Below are positions 20,614 through 30,301 of a DNA stretch of 54,223 nt, in pieces (position 1 is the first letter of the stretch; each line of letters begins with the position of its first letter). Below the pieces are notes generated by a model that was not told the DNA's origin, did not search any database, and saw nothing but the letters and a program-made list of their open reading frames with translations. The position numbers and the translations under genes are program-made. Origin of the DNA: a virus (lineage: Duplodnaviria > Caudoviricetes); IMG/VR virus record IMGVR_UViG_3300037010_002778, positions 1 to 54,223 of that record. The stretch is one strand, 5' to 3'.

Positions 20614-22050
20614 ATGATACTAAATTTTAAACAATTTGAACTTTTTGTTCTAATAGAATCTTTATTAAATAACTCTTTAAACGAACAAACTATAACTTTT
20701 TCTGAAGATGTTAAAGAAATTTTTAATAAAATTCAAAATGAAAATCAAATTGCTTTATTTTTATTGGATCAATTAAGCGCCAAAGGTGAAATGGAAATTG
20801 ATGGTGAAATAAAGAATGTAGAAGAAGTTTTTGTGCATCCTAAAAAATCAGATTTTTTCGAAATTCACTACACAAAGCCAAATGGTTCAAAAGCAAAACA
20901 AGAAATGAAAGTTGGAAAATTTATAACAGCTTTGTTGGATCAAATAAAGAACAAAAAAATTCATGTCAAACCTAACGATATAGAAGCTTTTGTTAAAAAA
21001 ATTTATGCTTATAGAGAGTCAGGCGGTCAAATTGATACAGATTATGAATATGCACTTGTTGATGATAAAGATATAAATAAGTATTATTTAGAGTCAAATT
21101 CGGAATGTCTTTCTGGAGGTCTTGGTGGATCTTGTATGAGACATAAAGAAAAAAATGAATTTGTAAGTGTTTATGCTAATGAATTTAAATCAGTTGTTAA
21201 ATTACTTGTAAAAAGAAATAAAATGACTGATAAAATAATTGCAAGAGCACTACTTTGGAAAACAGATCAAGGAATGTATTTAGATCGTATTTATGCTTCT
21301 GATGACAAAATTGTTGAAGAAATAATGGAATATGCAAAAAAAGCATATAAAATTAAAGATGCGTATGATATGAAAAAATTTAATAAAAATTTTACAGTTA
21401 CAATTAAAATGGATTCTAAATTTAAGCCTAAATATATGCCTTATTTAGATACTTTTGAAAGTGCTATTTATGATAAAAGTAAAAAAGAATTTATTTTATG
21501 TACAATTGATACATTAAATAAAGTTACTCAAAATATCGAAAAATATATTGAATATACATTCAATAAAACAGATGGTACATATGAAGAAAAAATAACAAAT
21601 TATTTTATTAAAAAATTTGCTTGGTTAAAAGATGCTAAATATTCTGAAGATTCTGTTTTTGATGAAAAAGACAATAATCTTATTTTTAAATCTGGGACTT
21701 GGATCGATGGTTATTGGTTTAATGGTATTTGGGAAGATGGTATTTGGGAAAACGGGACCTGGAAAAATGGAATTTGGGAAAATGGAGTTTGGAAAGATGG
21801 TATTTGGTATAAAGGAACTTGGGAATATGGTACTTGGGAAGATGGCACATGGAAAGATGGTATTTGGAAAAATGGTATTTGGAAAGATGGCTCTTGGTAT
21901 AAAGGAACTTGGGAAAAAGGAACTTGGAGAGATGGAATTTGGAATAATGGTATTTGGAAAGATGGAACTTGGAAAAACGGAGAATGGTATAATGGAACTT
22001 GGGAAAAAGGAACTTGGGAAGATGGTGAAGGTAAACCTGAAAATGCATAA
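20614..22050 (+). CDS. Tandem paralog 3 (22 pentapeptide repeats)
   Basis: Same architecture as paralog 1. Confidence 0.9.
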   Translation: MILNFKQFELFVLIESLLNNSLNEQTITFSEDVKEIFNKIQNENQIALFLLDQLSAKGEMEIDGEIKNVEEVFVHPKKSDFFEIHYTKPNGSKAKQEMKVGKFITALLDQIKNKKIHVKPNDIEAFVKKIYAYRESGGQIDTDYEYALVDDKDINKYYLESNSECLSGGLGGSCMRHKEKNEFVSVYANEFKSVVKLLVKRNKMTDKIIARALLWKTDQGMYLDRIYASDDKIVEEIMEYAKKAYKIKDAYDMKKFNKNFTVTIKMDSKFKPKYMPYLDTFESAIYDKSKKEFILCTIDTLNKVTQNIEKYIEYTFNKTDGTYEEKITNYFIKKFAWLKDAKYSEDSVFDEKDNNLIFKSGTWIDGYWFNGIWEDGIWENGTWKNGIWENGVWKDGIWYKGTWEYGTWEDGTWKDGIWKNGIWKDGSWYKGTWEKGTWRDGIWNNGIWKDGTWKNGEWYNGTWEKGTWEDGEGKPENA

Positions 22051-22067
22051 AAATAAACAAAATAAAT

Positions 22068-23504
22068 ATGATACTAAATTTTGAACAATTTGAACTTTTT
22101 GTTCTAATAGAATCTTTGTTAAATAGTTCTTTAAATGAACAAATTATAACTTTTTCTGATGATGTTAAAGAAATTTTTAATAAAATTCAAAACGAAAATC
22201 AAATAGCTTTGTTTTTATTGGATCAATTAAGTGCTAAAGGTGAAATGGAGATCGATGGTGAAATAAAGAATGTAGAAGAAGTTTTTGTGCATCCTAAGAA
22301 ATCTGATTTTTTTGAAATTCATTATACAAAACCTAATGGCTCTAAAGCAAAACAAGAAATGAAAATTGGAAAATTCATAACAGCTTTGTTGGATCAAATA
22401 AAGAACAATAAAATACATATTAAACCTAATGACATAGAAGCCTTTGTTAAAAAAGTTTATGCTTATAGAGAGTCGGGTGGTCAAGTTGATACAGATTATG
22501 AATATGCACTAGTTGATGATAAAGATATAAATAAGTATTATTTAGAGTCAAATTCCGAATGCCTTTCTGGAGGTCTTGGTGGATCATGTATGAGATACGA
22601 GAAAAGAAATAAATTTGTAAGTGTTTATGCTAACGAATTTAAATCAGTTGTTAAATTACTTATAAAAAGAAATAAAACAACAGATAAAATAGTTGCAAGG
22701 GCACTACTTTGGAAAACAGATCAAGGAATGTATTTAGATCGTATTTATGCTTCTGATGACAAAATCATTGAAGAGATGATGGAGTATGCAAAAAAAGCAT
22801 ATAAAATTCAAGAAGCGTATAATATGAAAAAAATAAAAAAAGATTTTACAATTACAATCAAAATGGATTCTAAATTTAAACCAGAATATATGCCTTATTT
22901 AGATACTTTTAATCATGCTGTTTATAATATAAATAAAAAAGAATTTACATTATGTACCGATGACACAATAGATAAAGTTATTAAAAATGTTGAAAAATAT
23001 ATAGAATATACATTTAATAAAACAGATGGTACATACGAAAAAAAAATAATAAATTATTTTATTAAAAAATTTGATTGGTTAAAAGATGCTAAATATTCTA
23101 ACGATTCTGTTTTCGAAGAAAAAGACAATAAACTTGTTTTCAAATCTGGAATTTGGGAAGATGGTATTTGGGAAAATGGAATTTGGGAGAATGGAACTTT
23201 TGAAAAAGGTGTTTGGGAAGATGGTATTTGGGAAAATGGAATTTGGGAAAATGGTGTTTGGGATAAAGGAACTTGGGAAAATGGAACTTGGAAAGATGGA
23301 ACTTGGAAAAAAGGTACTTGGAATGATGGAATTTGGATAGATGGTTATTGGAAAGATGGCGTTTGGAATAAAGGAACTTGGGAAAATGGAGAATGGAAAG
23401 ATGGAATTTGGAAAGATGGAATTTGGAAAAATGGATGGTGGAGAAATGGAACTTGGGAAAAAGGAACTTGGGAAAAAGGTGAAGGTAAGCCTGAAAATGC
23501 ATAA
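22068..23504 (+). CDS. Tandem paralog 4 (22 pentapeptide repeats)
   Basis: Same architecture as paralog 1. Confidence 0.9.
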   Translation: MILNFEQFELFVLIESLLNSSLNEQIITFSDDVKEIFNKIQNENQIALFLLDQLSAKGEMEIDGEIKNVEEVFVHPKKSDFFEIHYTKPNGSKAKQEMKIGKFITALLDQIKNNKIHIKPNDIEAFVKKVYAYRESGGQVDTDYEYALVDDKDINKYYLESNSECLSGGLGGSCMRYEKRNKFVSVYANEFKSVVKLLIKRNKTTDKIVARALLWKTDQGMYLDRIYASDDKIIEEMMEYAKKAYKIQEAYNMKKIKKDFTITIKMDSKFKPEYMPYLDTFNHAVYNINKKEFTLCTDDTIDKVIKNVEKYIEYTFNKTDGTYEKKIINYFIKKFDWLKDAKYSNDSVFEEKDNKLVFKSGIWEDGIWENGIWENGTFEKGVWEDGIWENGIWENGVWDKGTWENGTWKDGTWKKGTWNDGIWIDGYWKDGVWNKGTWENGEWKDGIWKDGIWKNGWWRNGTWEKGTWEKGEGKPENA

Positions 23505-23517
23505 AAATAAATAAAAT

Positions 23518-25098
23518 ATGATACTTAATTTCGAACAATTTGAACTTTTTATTTTAATAGAATCTTTATTAAACAATTTTTTAAACGAACAAACTATAAC
23601 TTTTTCTGAAGATGTTAAAGAAATTTTCAATAAAATTCAAAACGAAAATCAAATAGCTTTGTTTTTATTAGATCAATTAAGTGCAAAAGGTGAAATGGAG
23701 ATTGATGGTGAAATAAAAAATGTAGAAGAAGTTTTTGTGCATCCAAATAAATCAGATTTTTTTGAAATTCACTACACAAAACCTAATGGTTCTAAAGCAA
23801 AACAAGAAATGAAAATTGGAAAGTTTATAACAGCTTTATTAGATCAAATAAAAAATAAAAAAATACATGTTAAACCTAATGACATAGAAGCTTTTGTTAA
23901 AAAGATTTATGCTTATAGAGAATCAGATGGTCAAGTTGATACAGATTATGAATACGCATTAGTTGATGGTAAAGACATAAATAAGTATTATTTAGAGTCA
24001 AATTCCGAATGCCTTTCTGGAGGTCTTGGTGGATCTTGTATGAGACATAAAAAAACAAATGAATTTGTAAATGTTTATGCTAATGAATTTAAACAATTTG
24101 TTAAATTACTTGTAAAAAGAAATAAAACGACTGATAAAATAGTTGCAAGAGCACTACTTTGGAAAACAGATCAAGGAATGTATTTAGATCGTATTTACAC
24201 TACCGACAATAAAATTATTGAAGAGATGATGGAGTATGCAAAAAAAGCATATAAAATTCAAGAAGCGTATGATATGAAAAAAATAAAAAAAGATTTTACA
24301 ATTACAAGTAAAATGAATTCTAAATTTGAACCCGAATATATGCCTTATTTAGATACTTTTGATCATGCTGTTTATAATACAGACAAAAAAGAATTTATTT
24401 TATGTACAGAAGATACATTTAATAAAGTTATTAAAAACATTGATTCTAATGTAGAATATATTATATATACATTTTATAGTATAAGTGGTAAGTATACAAC
24501 AAAAAAATCTAGTTATTTTATTGAAAAATATTATTGGCTTGGAAAAGCTAAATATTCTAGAGATTCTGTTTTTGCTGAAGAAGACGATGAATTTGTTTTT
24601 AAATCTGGAACTTGGATAGATGGTTATTGGCATGAAGGTATTTGGGAAGATAGTGTTTGGGAAAATGGAATTTGGCGTAGTGGTATTTGGAAAAATGGAG
24701 AATGGAAAAACGGAGAATGGCAATATGGAGAATGGAGAAATGGAAAATGGAAAAATGGTGTTTGGAAAAATGGAACTTTTAAAAATGGAACTTGGAATGA
24801 TGGAACTTGGGAAGATGGAGAATGGAAAGGTGGAACATGGAAAAAAGGAACTTGGGAAAAAGGTTTTTGGGAAAATGGAACTTGGGAAAATGGAACTTGG
24901 AAAAGAGGAACTTGGAAAGATGGAACTTGGAAAGATGGAACTTGGAAAAATGGAATTTGGGAAAATGGAATTTGGAAAGGTGGAATGTGGGAAAATGGAA
25001 CTTGGGAAGATGGAATTTGGGAAGATGGAGAATGGAAAGGTGGAACATGGAAAAAAGGAACTTGGAAAAATGGTAAAGGCAAACCTAAAAATGCATAA
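23518..25098 (+). CDS. Tandem paralog 5 (31 pentapeptide repeats)
   Basis: Same architecture as paralog 1. Confidence 0.9.
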   Translation: MILNFEQFELFILIESLLNNFLNEQTITFSEDVKEIFNKIQNENQIALFLLDQLSAKGEMEIDGEIKNVEEVFVHPNKSDFFEIHYTKPNGSKAKQEMKIGKFITALLDQIKNKKIHVKPNDIEAFVKKIYAYRESDGQVDTDYEYALVDGKDINKYYLESNSECLSGGLGGSCMRHKKTNEFVNVYANEFKQFVKLLVKRNKTTDKIVARALLWKTDQGMYLDRIYTTDNKIIEEMMEYAKKAYKIQEAYDMKKIKKDFTITSKMNSKFEPEYMPYLDTFDHAVYNTDKKEFILCTEDTFNKVIKNIDSNVEYIIYTFYSISGKYTTKKSSYFIEKYYWLGKAKYSRDSVFAEEDDEFVFKSGTWIDGYWHEGIWEDSVWENGIWRSGIWKNGEWKNGEWQYGEWRNGKWKNGVWKNGTFKNGTWNDGTWEDGEWKGGTWKKGTWEKGFWENGTWENGTWKRGTWKDGTWKDGTWKNGIWENGIWKGGMWENGTWEDGIWEDGEWKGGTWKKGTWKNGKGKPKNA

Positions 25099-25112
25099 AA
25101 AATCAAATAAAC

Positions 25113-25784
25113 ATGAATTATTCTGAAATTTTATCACCTTTAACAGCTTATAAAATTATTGAACATTCTCAAGGATGGGAACGTTCTGGTATTGAATCTT
25201 ATAGATATTTTCAAAAGGAGTATTTTAGACCTAAAAAAAATCCAAAATCTGATATAGTAACAAATTTTAAATTTTTAATACCAGGGCGAATTTATACTTA
25301 TAAATATAATCCTTTATATAAAGATGAATTAGATTTTTATGATAAAAGACCAATTACATTAATAATAAAACATTATATTCATCCAAATACTGGTAATAAT
25401 TTACAATTAGGAATTAATTTAAATTTTATACCAAGAGAAATTAGAGTTTATATTTTGGAATCGATATGGAATTCATTTAAAAATGTTATAAGTCAAGATT
25501 TAGAGAGAAGACAATTAGATGATAATCCTAAATTAAGACAAACTTTATTATTTACTGATAATTTTGATTATTATGGACTTTTAGAATATTTATTAGGAAC
25601 TATCGCTAAAACAAATTGGAAATTTGCAATAAGACAATATATATGGGGTAGAATATTGAATGCAAAATTTATAGATTATACCGATTGGCATCATATAGGT
25701 TTTTTAGAGTCAAAAGATATTGTAGGAATTTCTGAAAGAGAACTTTTAAAAATCTATTGGAACAAAAAAAATAAAATAAAATAA
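25113..25784 (+). CDS. DNA end protector protein (T4 gp2-like)
   Basis: PGRIYTYKYNP..K..L.FYD..P, LGINLNF and AIRQY. Confidence 0.8.
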   Translation: MNYSEILSPLTAYKIIEHSQGWERSGIESYRYFQKEYFRPKKNPKSDIVTNFKFLIPGRIYTYKYNPLYKDELDFYDKRPITLIIKHYIHPNTGNNLQLGINLNFIPREIRVYILESIWNSFKNVISQDLERRQLDDNPKLRQTLLFTDNFDYYGLLEYLLGTIAKTNWKFAIRQYIWGRILNAKFIDYTDWHHIGFLESKDIVGISERELLKIYWNKKNKIK

Positions 25785-25813
25785 AATAAAAAAACTTTAA
25801 AAGTGGGAGTGAA

Positions 25814-27379
25814 ATGGCAGGTTTTATAAAAAGATTAGGCAATAGTACTTTAGTTACAGGTATTTCTGATACTATAAGAAATATTTCAAATTTAGGTATG
25901 AAATATGATGATAAAGTAGTGTCAATGTCAAAAGCCGTAGGAGTAACTGAAGCACAATTTTCCGCCGAAGGTCCATTACCGCAAGATTTACTATATTCGT
26001 TAGCAATGAGCGATATAGGACCTAAAAAATATATTGCTTTTTTCGATAAAGATTATAAAAGTAGAAGAGAATTTTTAAGAAAATTCGCAATGAATGGTGA
26101 AATTGAATGGATTCTTGATACTATAACTGATGAAACTATAGTATATGATGAAAAAAACTTTTTTTGTAGACCTGATACAACAGGTATAGTTAATCATATA
26201 AAAGAAGAACTAAAAGATGAAATTTTAAATAAAATAGAGAATAATTTTAAATGGATTTATAATGCATTTCACTTTAATGATGATATTTCAGCTTGGCAAA
26301 TATTTAAGCAATTTTTAATTGATGGTTTTTTGTCATTTGAGATAATTTATAATGAAAAAGGTGATAAAATTTTAGGTTTTAAAGAATTAGATCCTACTTC
26401 TTTAAGACCAGCTGTTATAAATACTCCAAATGGTTTTAAAAGAGTTTGGATGCAATACGAGGAAATACCAAATTTAAAAAGACAATTATTAGATTCTCAA
26501 ATTATTTATATTTCTTATTCAAAAGGCTCAATTGTTTCAAGAGCTTCTTATACTGAGAGACTTGTAAGATCATTTAATTTATTAAGAATGATGGAAAATA
26601 CAAGGTTAATATGGAATTTAATGAATTCTACTTATAGAATGAAAATGGTTGTTCCAATAGGAACAAAATCAGTACAAAAAGCAAAGGAGTCGTTAAATGA
26701 ATTATTAGCTATTTATAAAGAAGATATTTATTTAGATTCAGATTCTGGTGAATTGTTAATAAATGGTAAACCTTCAATGCAATTTTATAAAAATTATTTA
26801 TTTCCAAGTAAAAATGGAGAACAACCTGACATAGAAACAATTGCATCTGATGGACCTGATTTAAATTCCACTGAATCATTACAATATTTTTTGGATAAAT
26901 TAAAACAGGATTCAGAAATTCCTTTTTCACGTTGGGATAAATCATCTGGAGCAGCTTGGGCAATAGGAGCTGATGGATTAGATAGAGAAGAAATTAGATT
27001 TGCAAAACTTATAAATAGATTTAGATCAGTATATCAAGAAATTATTGTAAAGCCTCTTTGGATACAAATGTCGTTGGATTATCCTGAATTAGCCGACGAT
27101 GAAATTTTTAAATCAAATTTAGGTATAAAATTTAATAAGGATAATGTTTTTGAGGAAATGAAAAATATTGAAATAGCTCAAAAACGTCTTGAATTTATGA
27201 CAACTATGAAAGATTATACAATGAACGATGGTAGTACACCATATTTTGATGCAGAATTTTTAGTTAAATATTTGCAGTTGTCAAAAGATGAATTAGATGA
27301 AAATGCAGCTATTAAAAAGAAAAATTTAACAACAGATGCAAAAGATGCTGATACAGCTGCAACTACAGGAAGTTGGTAA
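25814..27379 (+). CDS. Portal protein (T4 gp20-like)
   Basis: 521 aa with FLIDGFLSFE, ELDP, FNLLRMME and IPFSR...REEIRFAKLINR. Confidence 0.9.
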   Translation: MAGFIKRLGNSTLVTGISDTIRNISNLGMKYDDKVVSMSKAVGVTEAQFSAEGPLPQDLLYSLAMSDIGPKKYIAFFDKDYKSRREFLRKFAMNGEIEWILDTITDETIVYDEKNFFCRPDTTGIVNHIKEELKDEILNKIENNFKWIYNAFHFNDDISAWQIFKQFLIDGFLSFEIIYNEKGDKILGFKELDPTSLRPAVINTPNGFKRVWMQYEEIPNLKRQLLDSQIIYISYSKGSIVSRASYTERLVRSFNLLRMMENTRLIWNLMNSTYRMKMVVPIGTKSVQKAKESLNELLAIYKEDIYLDSDSGELLINGKPSMQFYKNYLFPSKNGEQPDIETIASDGPDLNSTESLQYFLDKLKQDSEIPFSRWDKSSGAAWAIGADGLDREEIRFAKLINRFRSVYQEIIVKPLWIQMSLDYPELADDEIFKSNLGIKFNKDNVFEEMKNIEIAQKRLEFMTTMKDYTMNDGSTPYFDAEFLVKYLQLSKDELDENAAIKKKNLTTDAKDADTAATTGSW

Positions 27380-27405
27380 AAAAAATAAAATTATAAATTT
27401 AAAAT

Positions 27406-28794
27406 ATGAAGATTAAAAATTTTTTTGAATTTTCAAATTCAATAAACGAACAGTTTTCGTTAAAAACTAGTGAAAAAGTATTAGAATTAATTTTAAAATA
27501 TTTAAATTCTAAATTAGGTACACTATATCAATTACCAGGTTTTGAAACAATTAAAAAACAATCTGGTGAAATTTTATATGGAGTTCATTATATCGATAAC
27601 GAAGGTAATAGTATAAGATTTAATTGGGATATAAAAGGAAAAGATTCAACAGAAATACATTCAATAGACTTTTTTGCACCAGAAAATATGTTTTCAGACC
27701 CAGACGTTACGTTATTTTTATTTGGTGAATCAATAGCAAAAATATTACCAGCAGTAGTAGAAATATTTAAAAAAAGAAATCAAAATATTAATATTTCAAA
27801 ATATTATATTAAAGAATCGTTTCAAGGATTTAATAAATTATTTAAAGGAAAACAAGATGACAAACCTGAATCTAATTCTGAACCTAAATCCGAACCTAAA
27901 TCTGAACCTATTGCTGAACCTATAGTTACAAAAGCTGCAAAAGAAAGAAAGAAAAAAACAAAAACCGAAGAAACTGCCGAAAAATTATTAGATAAAATTG
28001 AATATGCAGATCCAGATACAATTTTTGATGATGTAGATGCTTATGTTGATATGGTCGTAAAAAAAATACAACCCTCGCTTATAATTTGCGGTGCACCTGG
28101 TATAGGAAAAACTTATGGTATAACAAAAAAAATTAAAGATTCTGGATTAAAATCTATAGAGCCGATTCCTTTACCAGACGATGCCGCAGATATTGAAGAC
28201 AATCAAGATGCTATTCTTAATGCTGAAACTGACGGAGATTGGGTTCATATTAAAGGAGCTTCTACCGCATTTGGATTATATATGAGTCTATTTAAATACA
28301 AAAATAAATTAATTGTTTACGATGATTGTGATAGTATTTTTAAAGATAAAAATGCAGTTAATTTATTAAAAGGTGCATTAGATTCAAGTGATAAAAGAAT
28401 TATTTCTTGGGTTTCTAAAACTACTACAAGTAAAAAGGCGGAAGTACCACAAAGATTTGAATTTACAGGTAGTATTATATTTATTTCAAATTTAAATGCT
28501 AAAGATTTAGATTCGGCGGTTAGAAATAGATCATTTGTTGTAGATATTCAATTAAAATTAAGCGATGTTTTAAAAAGAATACAATCAATTTTAAAGTATA
28601 TAGGAAAAGATTTAGATGTACCATTAAGTGATGATGCTAAAAATAGAGCCTTTCGTTTTTTAGAAGAAGCTTCTAAAGATGAAAACAATAAAATGGAAAT
28701 ATCTATAAGAACATTGATCAATTTTGCAAAAATTGCACAATCAGGAGTTCCTCAATGGAAAAGACTAATGGAAATTCAAGCAAAAAATATTTAA
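27406..28794 (+). CDS. AAA+ ATPase with N-terminal virion-type leader
   Basis: Walker A GAPGIGKT, Walker B VYDDCD, IFISN, and a (S/A)EP(K/I) repeat linker. Starts MKIKNFFEFSNSINE. Confidence 0.8.
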   Translation: MKIKNFFEFSNSINEQFSLKTSEKVLELILKYLNSKLGTLYQLPGFETIKKQSGEILYGVHYIDNEGNSIRFNWDIKGKDSTEIHSIDFFAPENMFSDPDVTLFLFGESIAKILPAVVEIFKKRNQNINISKYYIKESFQGFNKLFKGKQDDKPESNSEPKSEPKSEPIAEPIVTKAAKERKKKTKTEETAEKLLDKIEYADPDTIFDDVDAYVDMVVKKIQPSLIICGAPGIGKTYGITKKIKDSGLKSIEPIPLPDDAADIEDNQDAILNAETDGDWVHIKGASTAFGLYMSLFKYKNKLIVYDDCDSIFKDKNAVNLLKGALDSSDKRIISWVSKTTTSKKAEVPQRFEFTGSIIFISNLNAKDLDSAVRNRSFVVDIQLKLSDVLKRIQSILKYIGKDLDVPLSDDAKNRAFRFLEEASKDENNKMEISIRTLINFAKIAQSGVPQWKRLMEIQAKNI

Positions 28795-28813
28795 AATATA
28801 TCAAATTTTTATC

Positions 28814-28838
28814 AAAAGGAGCTAAAAGCTCCTTTTTT
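28814..28838 (+). terminator. Rho-independent terminator
   Basis: AAAAGGAGCT-aaa-AGCTCCTTTT plus T run. Confidence 0.85.
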
Positions 28839-28894
28839 ATTTGAACAAAATTAATTAACTGGAATAAAATGATAAATTTAAAAATTAAAAAATT

Positions 28895-29842
28895 ATGAGT
28901 ATTTTAAATAATCTCTTAATCGAGCGATTAAGACCTAAAACATTAGATTCGATAATTTTATTAGATCGTATTAAAAAACAAATTTCAGAAGATATACCTC
29001 AACATTTATTATTAACGGGCGCTCCTGGAATTGGTAAAACAAGTTTGGTAAAAATTTTATCGTCAAAATACACAACAAAATTTATAAATGCGTCTTCGGA
29101 TGCTCGAATTGATATTTTAAGAGATTCGTTAGAGGAATTTTGTTCAACTAAATCGTTGAGCCAATCACCAATAAAAATTGTTGTACTTGATGAAATTGAT
29201 TATGCATCAAGTTCATTTTTTGCTGCTTTAAGACCATTTGTTGAAAAGTATAAACATATACGTTTTTTAGCGACAGCTAATTATGAAAATAAAATACCTG
29301 ATGCAATATATTCAAGGTTTTTACATATTAAATTTGAACCCTTAAATTCAGATGAAGAAAAAGAATTAATGTTAAAATATTCAAAACACATATTAAATAT
29401 ATGTAAACAAAATAATTTAAAATTTGATTCAAAAAATACATTAAAAATATTTATAGAAGCTTCGTTTCCAGATTTACGTTCTTTAATATCAAAATTACAA
29501 TCGTTTATCATTTCAAATATTAAAGAAATAAAACTGGAACACATTAAAATGGCCAATTATTCGTTTGAAAATTTGTACAAAATGGCTATATCAACTCCTA
29601 ATAGTATTGAAAATTTTAAAATTATAATGTCTGAGTATTCAAATAAAGTTAGCGATGTTTTTTATTCATTTAGTAGAGAATTTCCGGAATTTTTAGAAAG
29701 TAAAAATGTTGATCCTATTTTATTTGGACAGACTTTAGTTATAATGGCGAAATACGAATTCCAGTCACGAAATGCAATAGATCCAGTGTTACATTTACTA
29801 GCAATGATTTTTGAACTTCAAAATTTATTTTTAAAAAAATGA
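28895..29842 (+). CDS. Clamp loader ATPase subunit (gp44/RFC-like)
   Basis: ERLRP, GAPGIGKT, INAS, LDEID, SRF and FPDLR. Confidence 0.92.
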   Translation: MSILNNLLIERLRPKTLDSIILLDRIKKQISEDIPQHLLLTGAPGIGKTSLVKILSSKYTTKFINASSDARIDILRDSLEEFCSTKSLSQSPIKIVVLDEIDYASSSFFAALRPFVEKYKHIRFLATANYENKIPDAIYSRFLHIKFEPLNSDEEKELMLKYSKHILNICKQNNLKFDSKNTLKIFIEASFPDLRSLISKLQSFIISNIKEIKLEHIKMANYSFENLYKMAISTPNSIENFKIIMSEYSNKVSDVFYSFSREFPEFLESKNVDPILFGQTLVIMAKYEFQSRNAIDPVLHLLAMIFELQNLFLKK

Positions 29843-30264
29843 AATTAAGAAAAATTAAAAAAGAAATTAATAGATTTTATAAGCATTGGAAAATTTTAAA
29901 AGAAGTAGATGCTCAAATTCAATTAGTATATCCTAAAAAAATACTTGACTATATTGGATTTTTTTATGTTGATGAGAATTTTAAACTTAAAATTCTTTTA
30001 AATGCTCACTATTTTTTGGTAAATGACAAAAATTTTTTATTGTATACACTAAAACATGAATTTGCACATTTACTACAATATGTAATTAATGGTGGTTTTA
30101 AGCTCAATGAAAATGGTGAAGTTATCGAACATGATGAAGAATTTCAAATTTTGTGCAAAAAAATAGGAATTAAATTTTTTGAAACTTGCGATTTTAAAGT
30201 AAATAGAAATTTTAAACATAAACCTGTTAAAGGAATCAAATTAGGACCGAATGTAATTTTTTAA
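29839..30264 (+). CDS. SprT-like zinc metalloprotease
   Basis: TLKHEFAH and downstream HDEEF..LC..IG. Confidence 0.8.
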   Translation: MKLRKIKKEINRFYKHWKILKEVDAQIQLVYPKKILDYIGFFYVDENFKLKILLNAHYFLVNDKNFLLYTLKHEFAHLLQYVINGGFKLNENGEVIEHDEEFQILCKKIGIKFFETCDFKVNRNFKHKPVKGIKLGPNVIF

Positions 30265-30301
30265 ATATATAAACAAATAAATAAACAAAAAGGAGTAACA
30301 C

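Larger units (their letters stand above)
17657..25105 (+). repeat. Five-copy direct tandem repeat of a ~1.4-1.6 kb gene-plus-spacer unit, each with an internal 15-bp repeat
   Basis: The junction cctgaaaatgcataaaaa...aaatatgata recurs between copies. The internal unit is gg(a/t)a(c/t)ttgg(g/a)aa(a/g)at. Confidence 0.95.

Noticed and set aside
17677-25098. Diversity-generating retroelement as the source of array variation
   Set aside because: No reverse transcriptase or non-coding template repeat is in the window, and the variation includes repeat-number changes and block swaps rather than adenine-only substitutions. An RT elsewhere in the genome cannot be excluded.
1-25098. CRISPR array interpretation of the 63-bp and 15-bp repeats
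   Set aside because: The repeats are in-frame coding units with no unique spacers, and no cas genes are present.
18577-25137. Many alternative-frame and antisense ORFs (MELGK, FPSSI, FHFPK and VPFFQ repeats) over the array
   Set aside because: They are by-products of a 15-bp repeat that lacks stops in other frames, and are essentially confined to the repeat tracts.
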